A stretch of DNA of 64,000 bases from Armatimonadota bacterium (GTDB taxonomy: Bacteria > Armatimonadota > UBA5829 > DTLH01), in the NCBI GenBank assembly GCA_038207085.1, contig JBBRAE010000005.1:20181-84180 (forward strand), in the 5' to 3' direction. The position numbers and the translations under genes were made by a program. Below the pieces are notes generated by a model. The model worked only from the letters and a program-made list of their open reading frames with translations, was not told where the DNA came from and did not search any database. Of the stretch, positions 28,119 to 37,619 are shown piece by piece. Position 1 is the stretch's first letter; each line of letters opens with the position of its first letter.

Positions 28119-28154
28119 CCCGCTTTGTTCGTGAAGCGAATAATGCTTTGCTGG
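28116..28154 (+). repeat. Family-D short repeat, copy 1 (directly after the GH2 stop)
   Basis: tagcccgctttgttcgtgaagcgaataatgctttgctgg matches tagcccgctttattagtgaagcgaataaagctttcgc at 41911. Confidence 0.55.
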
Positions 28155-28281
28155 TTTTCTATATATACAGCCGGGGCGGCGTGCCCCGGCTGTATTGACT
28201 TCAGCGCCGCATTAGGTTACATTGGAGTAGCTGCGTAATACAAGCCCTGCAGTAGAGAAAGCCAAGGAAGGTGACCTCGCA

Positions 28282-29766
28282 ATGCGACTAAAGCACATCG
28301 CCGTCTATGGACTCGTCCTCATCGCCATAGCCTCTGTAACGGCTGGAGCCTATGCGTTCCCCGCGCGTCGTTACTACATCAGCACAGTATACTCCTGGTG
28401 GCCGACTTACTCCGACATGTCGCTTTTCGACAAGTTCATCGAGGAAAGCAAACAGAAGGGGATGAACTCGATCAGCATCGACGTTCCCTGGTCCATCGAG
28501 AACGACCTAGGAGGCTTTGATTTTGCCGCGACCGACCAGAGAGTCGATTTCGCCGTGTCACGGGGGCTCTCGGTCTTCCTGAGGCTAAATTGCACCACAA
28601 TGGGCGGCAGGCCCAAGTGGCTCTCTGACGATATGCTCCAGGCGACGCCCGACGGCAAGGTGTTCAAGCGGGACACCGACGGCGCGATGATCCCATCGCT
28701 CAGTCACCCAAGTGTCCGCGCCCACATCGCAGGGTTCGCGCGTGCGGCTTCACTTCACTACGGCGCAAGATACCCATGGACGGTCTCCGGTGAGTATCCG
28801 GTGGTCGCGATCTCCCCCGCGCTCGACCTATACATGGAGAGCGAATACTACCCTGACGCTGATCTCGACTACAGCAAAGCCGCCGAGGCAAGCTTCGCCT
28901 CCTGGGTCAAGCGTCAGTATAAGTCGCTAGATGCGCTAAACGCCAGATGGGGCAAAAACTGCAAGTCATGGTCGCAGGCGACACTAAAGGACGCCCACCC
29001 GACCGCCAGATATATGTTTTTCGAGTCCGAGCTTTCCCGTGCCTGCCGCGAGTTTGCAGGGGCAGTGCACACGGCAAGCGCAATCAGGGTCGGAATCCAT
29101 TCCGGCTGCGCCTTTGACAGCCCCCGCAGGCGCACGATGAACGTTTCGGCGATGCTCTCCGGAGTCGACTGGCTCTTCATATCCGACGCGCCGACCGTGA
29201 ACCACGCGTTTGCCGTCGACTACGCCCGCACTTCGGCCCCGATGCTGAAAGTCGCAAGCGGCATAGACTCACCAAGCCACGCCGAAGGGACCAACGGCCG
29301 CTACTTCAACCAGGGTGTGCGGGCGTTCGAACACGGCGCATGCGCGGTCGTGCTTGCCAACTGGGACCTTTCCAACATGCGCGACAACGCCCGCTGGCCG
29401 TTCCTGCACTTTGTAGGCAAGCTCACCCGTTCCTACCCCACAGCCACAAGGCCCGAGAGCGCGATGTATGTCTCGACCTGGGACCTGATCACCCGTCCCA
29501 ATGCGATCGACGAGTATATCCCGACCTACCAGGCGCTTTCAGGGGAAGGCAAGCACGCGGTCGACGTCCTTTCCGACGCCGCCATCGTCTCCGACCCGGC
29601 AAGACTCGCACGCTACTCGGAGATCCATCTACCTGCCAATCGCACGATCCCGCCGGCGGTCCGACAGGCGCTTGTTAGAGTCCGAGATAAACTAAAAATA
29701 TCCAGGCCGCTCGTCGCAGGCACGATGGACGAATACGGGCAGCTGACGGATCGGTTCAAGCCGTAG
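28282..29766 (+). CDS. Secreted TIM-barrel glycoside hydrolase (GH42-like / beta-galactosidase-family N-domain)
   Basis: Signal peptide MRLKHIAVYGLVLIAIASVTAGAYA. ...YKSLDALNARWGKN..W.. resembles the GH42 LN.RWGT.FWS region. The family call is tentative. Confidence 0.55.
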   Translation: MRLKHIAVYGLVLIAIASVTAGAYAFPARRYYISTVYSWWPTYSDMSLFDKFIEESKQKGMNSISIDVPWSIENDLGGFDFAATDQRVDFAVSRGLSVFLRLNCTTMGGRPKWLSDDMLQATPDGKVFKRDTDGAMIPSLSHPSVRAHIAGFARAASLHYGARYPWTVSGEYPVVAISPALDLYMESEYYPDADLDYSKAAEASFASWVKRQYKSLDALNARWGKNCKSWSQATLKDAHPTARYMFFESELSRACREFAGAVHTASAIRVGIHSGCAFDSPRRRTMNVSAMLSGVDWLFISDAPTVNHAFAVDYARTSAPMLKVASGIDSPSHAEGTNGRYFNQGVRAFEHGACAVVLANWDLSNMRDNARWPFLHFVGKLTRSYPTATRPESAMYVSTWDLITRPNAIDEYIPTYQALSGEGKHAVDVLSDAAIVSDPARLARYSEIHLPANRTIPPAVRQALVRVRDKLKISRPLVAGTMDEYGQLTDRFKP

Positions 29767-29832
29767 GGGTAGTTGCTAGTCGTCAGTTGCTAGTTGCTAG
29801 TTTGGGACTGGCAAGATTTGAGAGATTGTGCC

Positions 29833-29975
29833 GCACCTATCGTTCGTCCGGATTTGCAATCCGGGACGATCTGGCAGAATAGTCATCTGTGATGCCGGTA
29901 GATTGGGCACATCCGAAATACCGGGATCACAGATCCCTTGCTTGCCAACAGGCCCCGGATTTCAAATCCGGGCCT
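29833..29975 (+). repeat. Family-C MITE-like repeat (about 145 bp), copy 1, with hairpin termini
   Basis: gcacctatcgttcgtCCGGATTTGCAATCCGGgacg......ggCCCGGATTTCAAATCCGGGcc. Reverse-complement copy at 46993-47149. Confidence 0.7.
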
Positions 29976-30320
29976 ACATAGGGCGTGTATTGATTCTTTG
30001 GGTGGAACGCACGTTTCGAGAGCCTCAACGTGATTGTTTTGGATTGATCTATATTTGATAGATTGGTGGTCGCGGCGGTACAACCTCTCACACCTCCACC
30101 CAACCCAACCCCTCACCCTGAGGCTCTCGAAGGGTGCGATGCACAAATTTCCCGACGTACTACAACAAAGGGAAGCTTATTAAATCCCCCAACCCTCGCC
30201 ACTCCCACCTCTTCACTACCCTCCCCATCCAATTCTGCACAATTTCAGGGCAAAACCCTTGACAGGGGGCAGGCTTGCGTGCAATCATGCGTTACCTAGC
30301 CGACGGCGGGCAAACAAAAA

Positions 30321-31010
30321 GTGACAACTATTGCTGACAACTTGGCCGCGGTGCGTGAACGGATAGCGAACGCAGCAGATCGGGCGGGCCGTAAATCAAG
30401 CGAAATCAGGCTTGTGACGGTCAGCAAAACGATCGATGTGGAACGCATCAAAGAAGCGATCGCGGCAGGAGCGACGGACCTCGGGGAAAACTACGTCCAG
30501 GAGGCCCTTGAGAAGTGGCAGGCCATCGGGCCGGCCGCGCGATGGCATTTCATCGGTCATCTCCAGAAGAACAAGGCAAGGCACGCAGTCGAAGCGTTTG
30601 ATATGATTCAAAGCGTCGACAGTGCTGAGCTTGCTGGGGAGATCGGAAAAAGAGCCCTCGCGCGTGGCGGCGCGGTGGATGTACTGATCGAGATAAACGT
30701 CGCAGAGGAAGAGGCCAAGTTCGGAGCGACGCCGAGCGATGCGCTCGCGCTTGCGGAACAGGTCTCGACTATACAAGGCATAAGGTTGCAGGGCTTTATG
30801 GGGATGGCTCCTTTTGTGGGCGATCCCGATGACGCGAGACCCTACTTCGCTCGCCTGAAAGGTCTTTGGGACAAGCTGCCAAAAGAGCAGCGTCTATGGC
30901 TTTCAATGGGAATGAGCCACGATTTCGAGGCTGCAATCCTTGAAGGATCGAACATGGTACGTGTTGGAACGGCCATTTTCGGCGCGAGAAAAGCCAAGAC
31001 GGGTCTCTAA
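30321..31010 (+). CDS. yggS: YggS-family pyridoxal-phosphate homeostasis protein
   Basis: ..LVTVSKT..VERIKEAIAAGATDLGENYVQEA..HFIGHLQKNKAR.. (UPF0001 / alanine-racemase-N fold). GTG start. Confidence 0.85.
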   Translation: MTTIADNLAAVRERIANAADRAGRKSSEIRLVTVSKTIDVERIKEAIAAGATDLGENYVQEALEKWQAIGPAARWHFIGHLQKNKARHAVEAFDMIQSVDSAELAGEIGKRALARGGAVDVLIEINVAEEEAKFGATPSDALALAEQVSTIQGIRLQGFMGMAPFVGDPDDARPYFARLKGLWDKLPKEQRLWLSMGMSHDFEAAILEGSNMVRVGTAIFGARKAKTGL

Positions 31011-31018
31011 AGAAGGTA

Positions 31019-31082
31019 ACCGGTGGCGCATAGCGCCAGCCTTTAAGAGACGGCGCTATCTGCGCCGTCGAAACCGAACAAC
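31019..31082 (+). repeat. Family-A REP-like palindromic repeat, copy 3 (second hairpin loop inverted)
   Basis: ggtggcgcatagcgccagcctttaagagacggcgcTATCTgcgccgtcgaaaccgaaca. The loop TATCT stands in for GGATA of copy 2, consistent with hairpin flip. Confidence 0.65.
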
Positions 31083-31171
31083 TTCACAGTGATCAAAGTC
31101 AGATACGGAGTGGTTCGCCCGACACCCGATCCCATGACTGACACTTTACCACTTATGGGAGGGTACCAAGC

Positions 31172-31618
31172 GTGAATACAGCACCACTTGACGAGTACGA
31201 AGAGCGACCGAGAGGTCTATGGACCAAGCTCAAAGACCGAATCGGTCTCAACGAGTACGAAGATGATTTCGAAGAGATGTTGGACGACCCCGGTGGGGTA
31301 AGGCGTCCTATGACGCTTCGAATCCATCCTTCGAGGATGCAGCATGTATCGGTATGGAAGTCGATCCAGTCTCTTGAGAACGCTCAGGAGGCCGCGGATG
31401 GGCTGAAAGCCGGACATCAGCAGATCGTTAACCTCGAGAAGGCCAGCCCCGAGATTTGCGGGCGGGTCATTGATTTCCTGAACGGAGTGGTTTATGCACT
31501 CGACGGTTACGTGGAGAAGGTCGGCGACAGAGTCTACCTCTTCACCCCAGCCAACTTCCAGATCGATGTGGAAAACGGCGCGGACCGGGGCAGCAATGGC
31601 CCGTTCATGAACAGATAA
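31172..31618 (+). CDS. sepF: Cell division protein SepF
   Basis: ...HQQIVNLEKASPEICGRVIDFLNGVVYALDGYVEKVGDRVYLFTP.N is the SepF/DUF552 core. Confidence 0.8.
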   Translation: MNTAPLDEYEERPRGLWTKLKDRIGLNEYEDDFEEMLDDPGGVRRPMTLRIHPSRMQHVSVWKSIQSLENAQEAADGLKAGHQQIVNLEKASPEICGRVIDFLNGVVYALDGYVEKVGDRVYLFTPANFQIDVENGADRGSNGPFMNR

Positions 31619-31697
31619 TTACAAGGGGTTAGGGGTTGGGGATTAGGGGTTAGCAATAACCATCCCCAGCCCCTTGCCATCAACTCCGGAGAGTAAA

Positions 31698-32525
31698 ATG
31701 CCTGATAGAACAAGACGCCTGGCGGTCCTGGGCGCGGGAGCCATGGGCCAGGCGCTGGTGCGCGGACTGATCGCCGCGGGGGTCTACTCCGCACGCGAGA
31801 TAGTTGTAGCCGATGTCGACAAGGAGCGCCTCGGCGCTTTTGGTGAGGACACCGGAGTCGAGTCCGCCGGAAACGTTGAATCCGTCTCTTCCGCAACCAC
31901 CATCATTCTTGCCGTCAAACCGGCGGTGATCCCCGATGTCCTCGAAGAGATTTCCGGCTATATCGGAGTAGATCAGCTCGTGATCTCAATTGCGGCGGGC
32001 GTCAAAATCCAGCAGATCGGCGCAAAGCTTCGCTCGGGCGTTCCGATTGTCCGCGCGATGCCGAACACCCCCTGCCTTGTGCAGGAAGGGGCTATAGCCA
32101 TCTGCCGGGGGCGAGACGCTACCGATGCACACGTCGACCGGGCGCTATCGATTTTTGGCGCTGTGGGTAAAGTGATCGAGACGCCGGAAAAACTGATGGA
32201 CGCAGTGACGGGCCTCTCGGGAAGCGGCCCTGCCTACATCTACACCGTCATCGAGGCGCTCTCGGACGGCGGAGTCGCCGCTGGGCTTGCACGCCCGCAG
32301 GCAGCGCTCCTTGCCGCTCAGACCGTGCTCGGCGCAGCCAAGATGGTAATAGAGACAGGCAAGCACCCAGCCGAGCTTCGCGAGGCTGTGACGAGCCCCG
32401 GCGGCACTACTATCGCCGGAATCGTCGCACTGGAGCGAGGAGCATTCCGGGCCGCGTTGCTTGACGCTGTCGAGGCCGCAACAGACCGGTCCATCGAGCT
32501 CTCAAGGCCAGATTCCGGCTCTTAA
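31698..32525 (+). CDS. proC: Pyrroline-5-carboxylate reductase
   Basis: Start at MPDRTRRLAVLGAGAMGQAL (Rossmann). The C-terminal ProC dimerisation domain is present. Confidence 0.85.
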   Translation: MPDRTRRLAVLGAGAMGQALVRGLIAAGVYSAREIVVADVDKERLGAFGEDTGVESAGNVESVSSATTIILAVKPAVIPDVLEEISGYIGVDQLVISIAAGVKIQQIGAKLRSGVPIVRAMPNTPCLVQEGAIAICRGRDATDAHVDRALSIFGAVGKVIETPEKLMDAVTGLSGSGPAYIYTVIEALSDGGVAAGLARPQAALLAAQTVLGAAKMVIETGKHPAELREAVTSPGGTTIAGIVALERGAFRAALLDAVEAATDRSIELSRPDSGS

Positions 32526-32539
32526 GGGAGCATAACACT

Positions 32540-32821
32540 ATGGTAACTCTGCTTCGTGCGGCTCTGCTTATACTCGAAGTGCTGAGCTGGATGATCATTA
32601 TTGACGTGATCCTATCCTATTTTCCGTCGGCTTCGCGAAACCAGTTCGCGATCTCACTTCGGAGGATCACGCACGCCTTGACCGACCCGATCAGGCGCAT
32701 CATCGCGCCCAAGCGAGTCGGGGAGGCTAGCGTCGACTTCTCGCCTCTTGTCGCGCTTGTGATAATCTGGGTACTCCAGGCGATTGTCACCGCCACGCTT
32801 GCCCGGATGTTGCCCCATTGA
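32540..32821 (+). CDS. yggT: YggT-family membrane protein
   Basis: 93 aa, two TM segments, typical YggT/YlmG. Part of the yggS-sepF-yggT division-wall cluster. Confidence 0.75.
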   Translation: MVTLLRAALLILEVLSWMIIIDVILSYFPSASRNQFAISLRRITHALTDPIRRIIAPKRVGEASVDFSPLVALVIIWVLQAIVTATLARMLPH

Positions 32822-34308
32822 TGGGAAACGGCTTCAGAAGTGAATACCCGGACATCCGAAGGTCGCTCTGGTGGCAGTACGCCACGGCGGCGTTTGTGCT
32901 GATCGCATTCTTCTTTCTGCTGACGCTTTCTGACAACAGGCCATCGGGCAAAGCCGAACGACCCGACACCAGCGCCGACATTATGAGCGGGGACTGGGCG
33001 GTCAAGGTGAACCTGTTCTACGGGGCGCTGCCTGCCAAAGCCTCGCGGGCCCAGAGCGCCCTTCCGATGGCGTTCACAAGCTACAAGAGAGCGGCGGACC
33101 TCGGAAGCCCTGCGGGAATCAGGCGCGCCGGAGTCATCGCACGCGAGCTCAACCGGCCCGATGCGACCGAAATATTCGCGAAACTGACCTCACCCCAGGC
33201 CAACCACGACCTCCCCAAGCAGGACATCTCGCGCCTGAAAAGCGAAGCCGCGATGTGGCACGATATCTACACAGGCAGCCTCACCCCGGAAGTGACCAGG
33301 CGCTACGCCGAGCAGATCAAGAAGACCAACCTCGGCCCTGCCAGAGCCTACGCACTGGGGCAACTCTACACGCGCGCGGGCGAAAAGACACAGGCCATGA
33401 TAGTGATCGAACGAGCGCGTGAACGGGCGGTGGCATCGGTCGTTCCGGGGTCGCTCTTGGTCCTTGGTGTGATTTTGGCCGGGATCGCGGGAATCGTCTT
33501 TATTGTGATCTTCTTTCGAAACAGACGGCGGGAGCTACCCGGCGAGCTGCCAGTCGGCATCGCGGATGAGCTTGAGGAGCCAGAAGTCGACCGCGGGATC
33601 ATGTCCCGGCCCTGGGTATTGTTTCAGGGGTTCATCGCCTATATGGGCCTGATGCTCGTCCTCTCGTTTCTTGCGGTGGGGACGATCGTGCCACGGCTTG
33701 AGGGGATGGAGTCCGATCAACGGCTGTTCTACGGAGTTATGCTGGAGTTCGCCCTGAGCGCGACCACCGGGCTCCTTGCGCTTGCTATCCTCGCAAGCCT
33801 TGTAAAGCGGGCTGGCGGAACGCTTGCGGAGATCGGCCTGACGACCCGGGATTTCGGACGAAACGTGCTCTGGGGCTGCGCGGGCTACTGCGCGCTGCTC
33901 CCCATCCTCGCACTCGCAGCGATGATATCCGGCGCACTTTTCAGGGGACTTCCGACCCGCGAGCACCCCATCGTCCCGATGCTCCTATCCGGCGACCTCG
34001 CCGTCTTCTCACTGCTATTTGTGACCGGGGCGGTCTTTGCCCCGATATTTGAAGAGATATTCTTCCGGGGCGTGCTCTATCGGGGGCTCCGGTGGGGACT
34101 ATCGACCACTGCGGCGGTTGCGCTCTCTGCTGCGGGGTTTGCGATCGTCCACCCTCAGCTTCCGGCCGGGTTCCTGCCGATTTTCGCGATCGGCGCGGTC
34201 TTCGCCCTGCTTGCCGAGGAGCGAAAATCGCTTGTCCCCTCGATGGTCGCCCACGCGCTCAATAACGGCGTGATATTCCTCACGATTTATTTTCTAGTAA
34301 TGTCCTAA
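32818..34308 (+). CDS. Membrane protein with C-terminal CPBP-family (CAAX-protease-like) intramembrane metalloprotease domain and N-terminal TPR-like soluble region
   Basis: FAPIFEEIFFRGVLYRGL (the EExxxR motif) and AHALNNG (the H motif) of CPBP. Multiple TM helices. 4-nt overlap with yggT. Confidence 0.7.
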   Translation: MMGNGFRSEYPDIRRSLWWQYATAAFVLIAFFFLLTLSDNRPSGKAERPDTSADIMSGDWAVKVNLFYGALPAKASRAQSALPMAFTSYKRAADLGSPAGIRRAGVIARELNRPDATEIFAKLTSPQANHDLPKQDISRLKSEAAMWHDIYTGSLTPEVTRRYAEQIKKTNLGPARAYALGQLYTRAGEKTQAMIVIERARERAVASVVPGSLLVLGVILAGIAGIVFIVIFFRNRRRELPGELPVGIADELEEPEVDRGIMSRPWVLFQGFIAYMGLMLVLSFLAVGTIVPRLEGMESDQRLFYGVMLEFALSATTGLLALAILASLVKRAGGTLAEIGLTTRDFGRNVLWGCAGYCALLPILALAAMISGALFRGLPTREHPIVPMLLSGDLAVFSLLFVTGAVFAPIFEEIFFRGVLYRGLRWGLSTTAAVALSAAGFAIVHPQLPAGFLPIFAIGAVFALLAEERKSLVPSMVAHALNNGVIFLTIYFLVMS

Positions 34309-34507
34309 AGCCCTAAAGAACCCGCGCGGTGTGCCGATAATCTTTACTGGCAGGGAGTTTTGTGCTGACGCGCGAAGCTTCTGTGTTGCTCTGAGGAAGT
34401 GCCGGAAACGGCATAGTCGAGCAGTGCCTTTTGCCAGAGACAATCCTCTTTTTCTCCTTCCTTATAAGTGTTGTGGACTAACGTCGGATGCGATAAGCTC
34501 CCGGCGA

Positions 34508-34542
34508 CCCGCGGGGTGACCTCACCCGGCGGGATTTTTTTG
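34508..34542 (+). terminator. Plus-strand intrinsic terminator 200 nt past the CPBP gene; may end a short non-coding transcript
   Basis: CGCGGGGTGAcc TCACCCGGCGgg ATTTTTTTg: a 10-bp stem (1 mismatch) followed by a T7 run. Confidence 0.5.
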
Positions 34543-34679
34543 TACGGGGTGATGAGTTGGGTTGGTCGTAAATTTACCCCTCACGCCGGCCATCTCCTCT
34601 TAGGCGACAGCATTCCCCGTAGGGGAATGCGATAGCTCTCAAGGGGAGAGGGGGTAGATAGTAGGGTGAGGGTGCTAAA

Positions 34680-35777
34680 TCAGGAGTTCATCGCGGCGCG
34701 GGCGATCTCTTTGCCACGGTCGATGAAGTAGTGCATCGTCTCGTGATCGATCGAGGGCGGCTCGGAGTGGTCGGTGTGCAGGATATAGCCTGTTCCAGCC
34801 TTGATCACCGCAGGGATCTTCTTCTCAAGCTCGGCGTCGATCTTGGAGCGGTCATTGCTCTCAAGGGTGCGCACGTCGAGACCGCCGTAAAAGGCGATCC
34901 GATCGCCGAAGCGTTCGACGAGCGTTGGCAGGTCCATTCCGGCCTTCACTTCCATGGCCTGCAGGCAGTCCATACCGGCCTCGATCAGCCCCGGCACCAA
35001 CGCCTCAACGTAGCCGCAGGAGTGAACGATCACAGGGCAGCCCATAGAGTGCGCGAAGTCGAAGAGCTTCTTGTGCCCCGGCTGCACGATCTCCTCGTAC
35101 ATCCCCGGCGACATAAACGGCTTGTTCTTGAATCCCATGTCCTCATAGAAGAACACACCGTCGGGCTTGCCCTCTTCGGCGAATAGCGTCTCAAGGTGCG
35201 CGATGGTGAAGTCGGCGAAGGTGTTGACCATGTCTTTGACCCAATCGGGGTCAAGCGCCATCCCCATAAGCATGTACTCGTGCCCGCAGACGGGGTGCAT
35301 CTGCTCAAACGGCGCCACTCCGCTCCAGCAGAAGAACCGCTCCCGCTCGGTGGCGAAAACCTTGGCGTCGCGGTAACCTTGGAAGCTTATCCTGTTGCGA
35401 TCGAGATCGACCAGCCGCGGCTTGATCAGCTCTTCCCAGCCAGAACGGTCTTTGACTGTGAAATCGACGTGCTCCGGGGTGGTCGCATGCTCCTTGTGGC
35501 GGCGGAGAATCGCGCCGTTGCCATCAAGCATCAGGACCGTGTCCTCGGTCTCTTCGAGGACTTTGGGCTCAACATTGTAGTCGGCGGTGCTGGTTAAAGG
35601 CCAGATAAGGCGCAGATCCTGCCCAAAATGCTCTGCGACGTCCTCACCTTCAGTGACGTGACCCTCACTTGTCCATCTTTTGATAGTTTCGCTCCAGGGG
35701 CTCACGGCCACCGGAATCTCATCGACGGGCTTGCGTGACAGAGTCGCGACTACCCGCTCATAGCTTGTCATTGACAT
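34680..35777 (-). CDS. Uroporphyrinogen-decarboxylase (URO-D)-family protein (MtaA/CmuA-like fold)
   Basis: 365 aa. Its length and TIM-barrel layout match the URO-D superfamily. Function unknown. Confidence 0.7.
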   Translation of the reverse strand: MSMTSYERVVATLSRKPVDEIPVAVSPWSETIKRWTSEGHVTEGEDVAEHFGQDLRLIWPLTSTADYNVEPKVLEETEDTVLMLDGNGAILRRHKEHATTPEHVDFTVKDRSGWEELIKPRLVDLDRNRISFQGYRDAKVFATERERFFCWSGVAPFEQMHPVCGHEYMLMGMALDPDWVKDMVNTFADFTIAHLETLFAEEGKPDGVFFYEDMGFKNKPFMSPGMYEEIVQPGHKKLFDFAHSMGCPVIVHSCGYVEALVPGLIEAGMDCLQAMEVKAGMDLPTLVERFGDRIAFYGGLDVRTLESNDRSKIDAELEKKIPAVIKAGTGYILHTDHSEPPSIDHETMHYFIDRGKEIARAAMNS

Positions 35778-35873
35778 CTGGTTCGTCCTCTCTTATGCTG
35801 CCTTACTCCAAAAATCGGGTAGCACCATAGTGGAGGCTACCCGATAAATGATACACCAACTAAAACGTTTCCG

Positions 35874-36395
35874 CTACTCCGAAACCCTATCTATTTTCCA
35901 GATTTTTCCCACTTTGACCAAACCGACCCGGTTGATGAGCGTCTGCCCGCCTTCGCCCTTGAATGTCACGGTCACAGCAGCCTCGTTTGACCCCGAAACG
36001 CTGGGTTTGGAGACATCAAAGCTCCCATTGTTCTCGTGAACGAAGCCGAAGTAGTTGTCGGCCTTTTCCGCGCTTGCGCTTCGGTCAAAGAGCGAGTCCT
36101 CAAACTGCTGCGTGGTGAACTTCTTCGCCTGCTCGACCCTGCGGTTCGTGCAGGCTTCGGCCCACTTGAGTGTCACCTGATCCGGCGGGATTACACGAAG
36201 CGACATCACGGTGACCAGGGCGACAATCAGCACAAGAAGCGCCCCTCCGGCGATCCCCACCGTCTTCCAGGGGATTTCGACCGGCGGCTTCACTTCCACC
36301 TTTGGCCCACCCGGCCACTTGTCGGTCTGCTCTCCGCAGTACAGGCACGCTTTTTGCTCAGGATGCAGGCTCTGCCCGCATTTCACGCACTTCAT
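35874..36395 (-). CDS. Zinc-ribbon membrane protein (N-terminal CxxC..CxxC, one TM helix, extracytoplasmic domain)
   Basis: MKCVKCGQSLHPEQKACLYCGEQ; TM helix TVGIAGGALLVLIVALVTVMSL. Confidence 0.55.
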   Translation of the reverse strand: MKCVKCGQSLHPEQKACLYCGEQTDKWPGGPKVEVKPPVEIPWKTVGIAGGALLVLIVALVTVMSLRVIPPDQVTLKWAEACTNRRVEQAKKFTTQQFEDSLFDRSASAEKADNYFGFVHENNGSFDVSKPSVSGSNEAAVTVTFKGEGGQTLINRVGLVKVGKIWKIDRVSE

Positions 36396-36443
36396 ATCTA
36401 AGCGATGAGCGACTGGCGCTCATTTCCTCCTGTGTTGGTTGTT

Positions 36444-37613
36444 CTAGCTAAGCTCTACGGGCCCTGCGCCGGCTTCGGCTGTGCAGACGTAGAGGTTCGG
36501 CTCCACGCCTGTTTTGGCCTTGTAGCGCTCGGGGACGAGCCTTAAAAAATCTTCGACTGCATCGTCTCGAACCAGCGACGCCGTCGCGCCGCCGAATCCT
36601 GCGCCGATCAAGCGGCTGCACATCGAGCCTTCGACCGAGCGAGATGCCTCAGCCATCGCGTCGAGTTCAAAACAGCTTGTCTCGTAGTCGTCGCGGGCGG
36701 AGTTGTGCGACTTGTCCATAAGCAGGGCGAAGGTCTCCATATCGCCCGCCTTTAGGGCATCGCGGCAGCCCACGGTCCACTCGTTTTCGTTTACGACGTG
36801 ACGCGCGCGCTTCAGGACGACCTCAGGCAGCCTGTCACCGTAATTGGCGAGGTCCTCGCTTGTCACGTCACGGAGCGCCGTAACCCCCGGAACCCACTCT
36901 GAGAGCAGCTTTACAGCCTCCTCGCACTGGGCGCGGCGGGTGTTATACTCGGAATCGACAAGGCCGCGTCGCTTCATCGTATCGCAGATGATAATCTTGT
37001 TGCTGCCGGTATCAAGCGGCACGAGCTCGTGCTCGAGCGTGCGGCAGTCGAGGAAGAGCGCCTGATCTTTGGCTCCGAGACGGGATATGAACTGATCCAT
37101 GATCCCCGTGTTCACCCCGACAAACTTGTTTTCGGCCTTCTGCCCCGTAAGCGCGAGGTCCGGTCCCGACATCTCAAAGCCAAGCATGGCCTGAAAAAGC
37201 GTGCCGATTGCCATCTCGATCGCAGCCGAGCTCGAAAGCCCGGAGCCGACCGGGACGTTGCCCTCAACGGCGATATCCGCACCGCGGAGCTCAACCCCAG
37301 CCTCACCTAGATATACGAGCATCCCCCTGAGATAGTTGCTCCAGGTGTTCACTTCGTCGAACTTGTTGTCGTCAAGTGAGAACTCGACCATAGAGCCGAA
37401 GTTGGTCGAGTAAGCGCGAACGACTCTATCGTCACGAAGACGCCCGGCTGCAAGCACTTCAAAGCTCACTGCCACGGGCAGGACAAAACCATCGTTGTAA
37501 TCCGTGTGGTGGCCCATCAGGTCGATGCGCCCGGGTCCTTTGGTTAGAACCTCTGAATCGGTATTGTAGAGCTCCCTGAACTTGCGTTTAAGGGCTGTGG
37601 CCCTTGCTATCAT
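36444..37613 (-). CDS. galK: Galactokinase
   Basis: GRIDLMGHHTDYNDGFVLP (galactokinase signature). GHMP ATP motif VPVGSGLSSSAA. The RBS GGAGG lies inside the last codons of the upstream radical-SAM gene. Confidence 0.85.
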   Translation of the reverse strand: MIARATALKRKFRELYNTDSEVLTKGPGRIDLMGHHTDYNDGFVLPVAVSFEVLAAGRLRDDRVVRAYSTNFGSMVEFSLDDNKFDEVNTWSNYLRGMLVYLGEAGVELRGADIAVEGNVPVGSGLSSSAAIEMAIGTLFQAMLGFEMSGPDLALTGQKAENKFVGVNTGIMDQFISRLGAKDQALFLDCRTLEHELVPLDTGSNKIIICDTMKRRGLVDSEYNTRRAQCEEAVKLLSEWVPGVTALRDVTSEDLANYGDRLPEVVLKRARHVVNENEWTVGCRDALKAGDMETFALLMDKSHNSARDDYETSCFELDAMAEASRSVEGSMCSRLIGAGFGGATASLVRDDAVEDFLRLVPERYKAKTGVEPNLYVCTAEAGAGPVELS

Positions 37614-37619
37614 GGTGTG

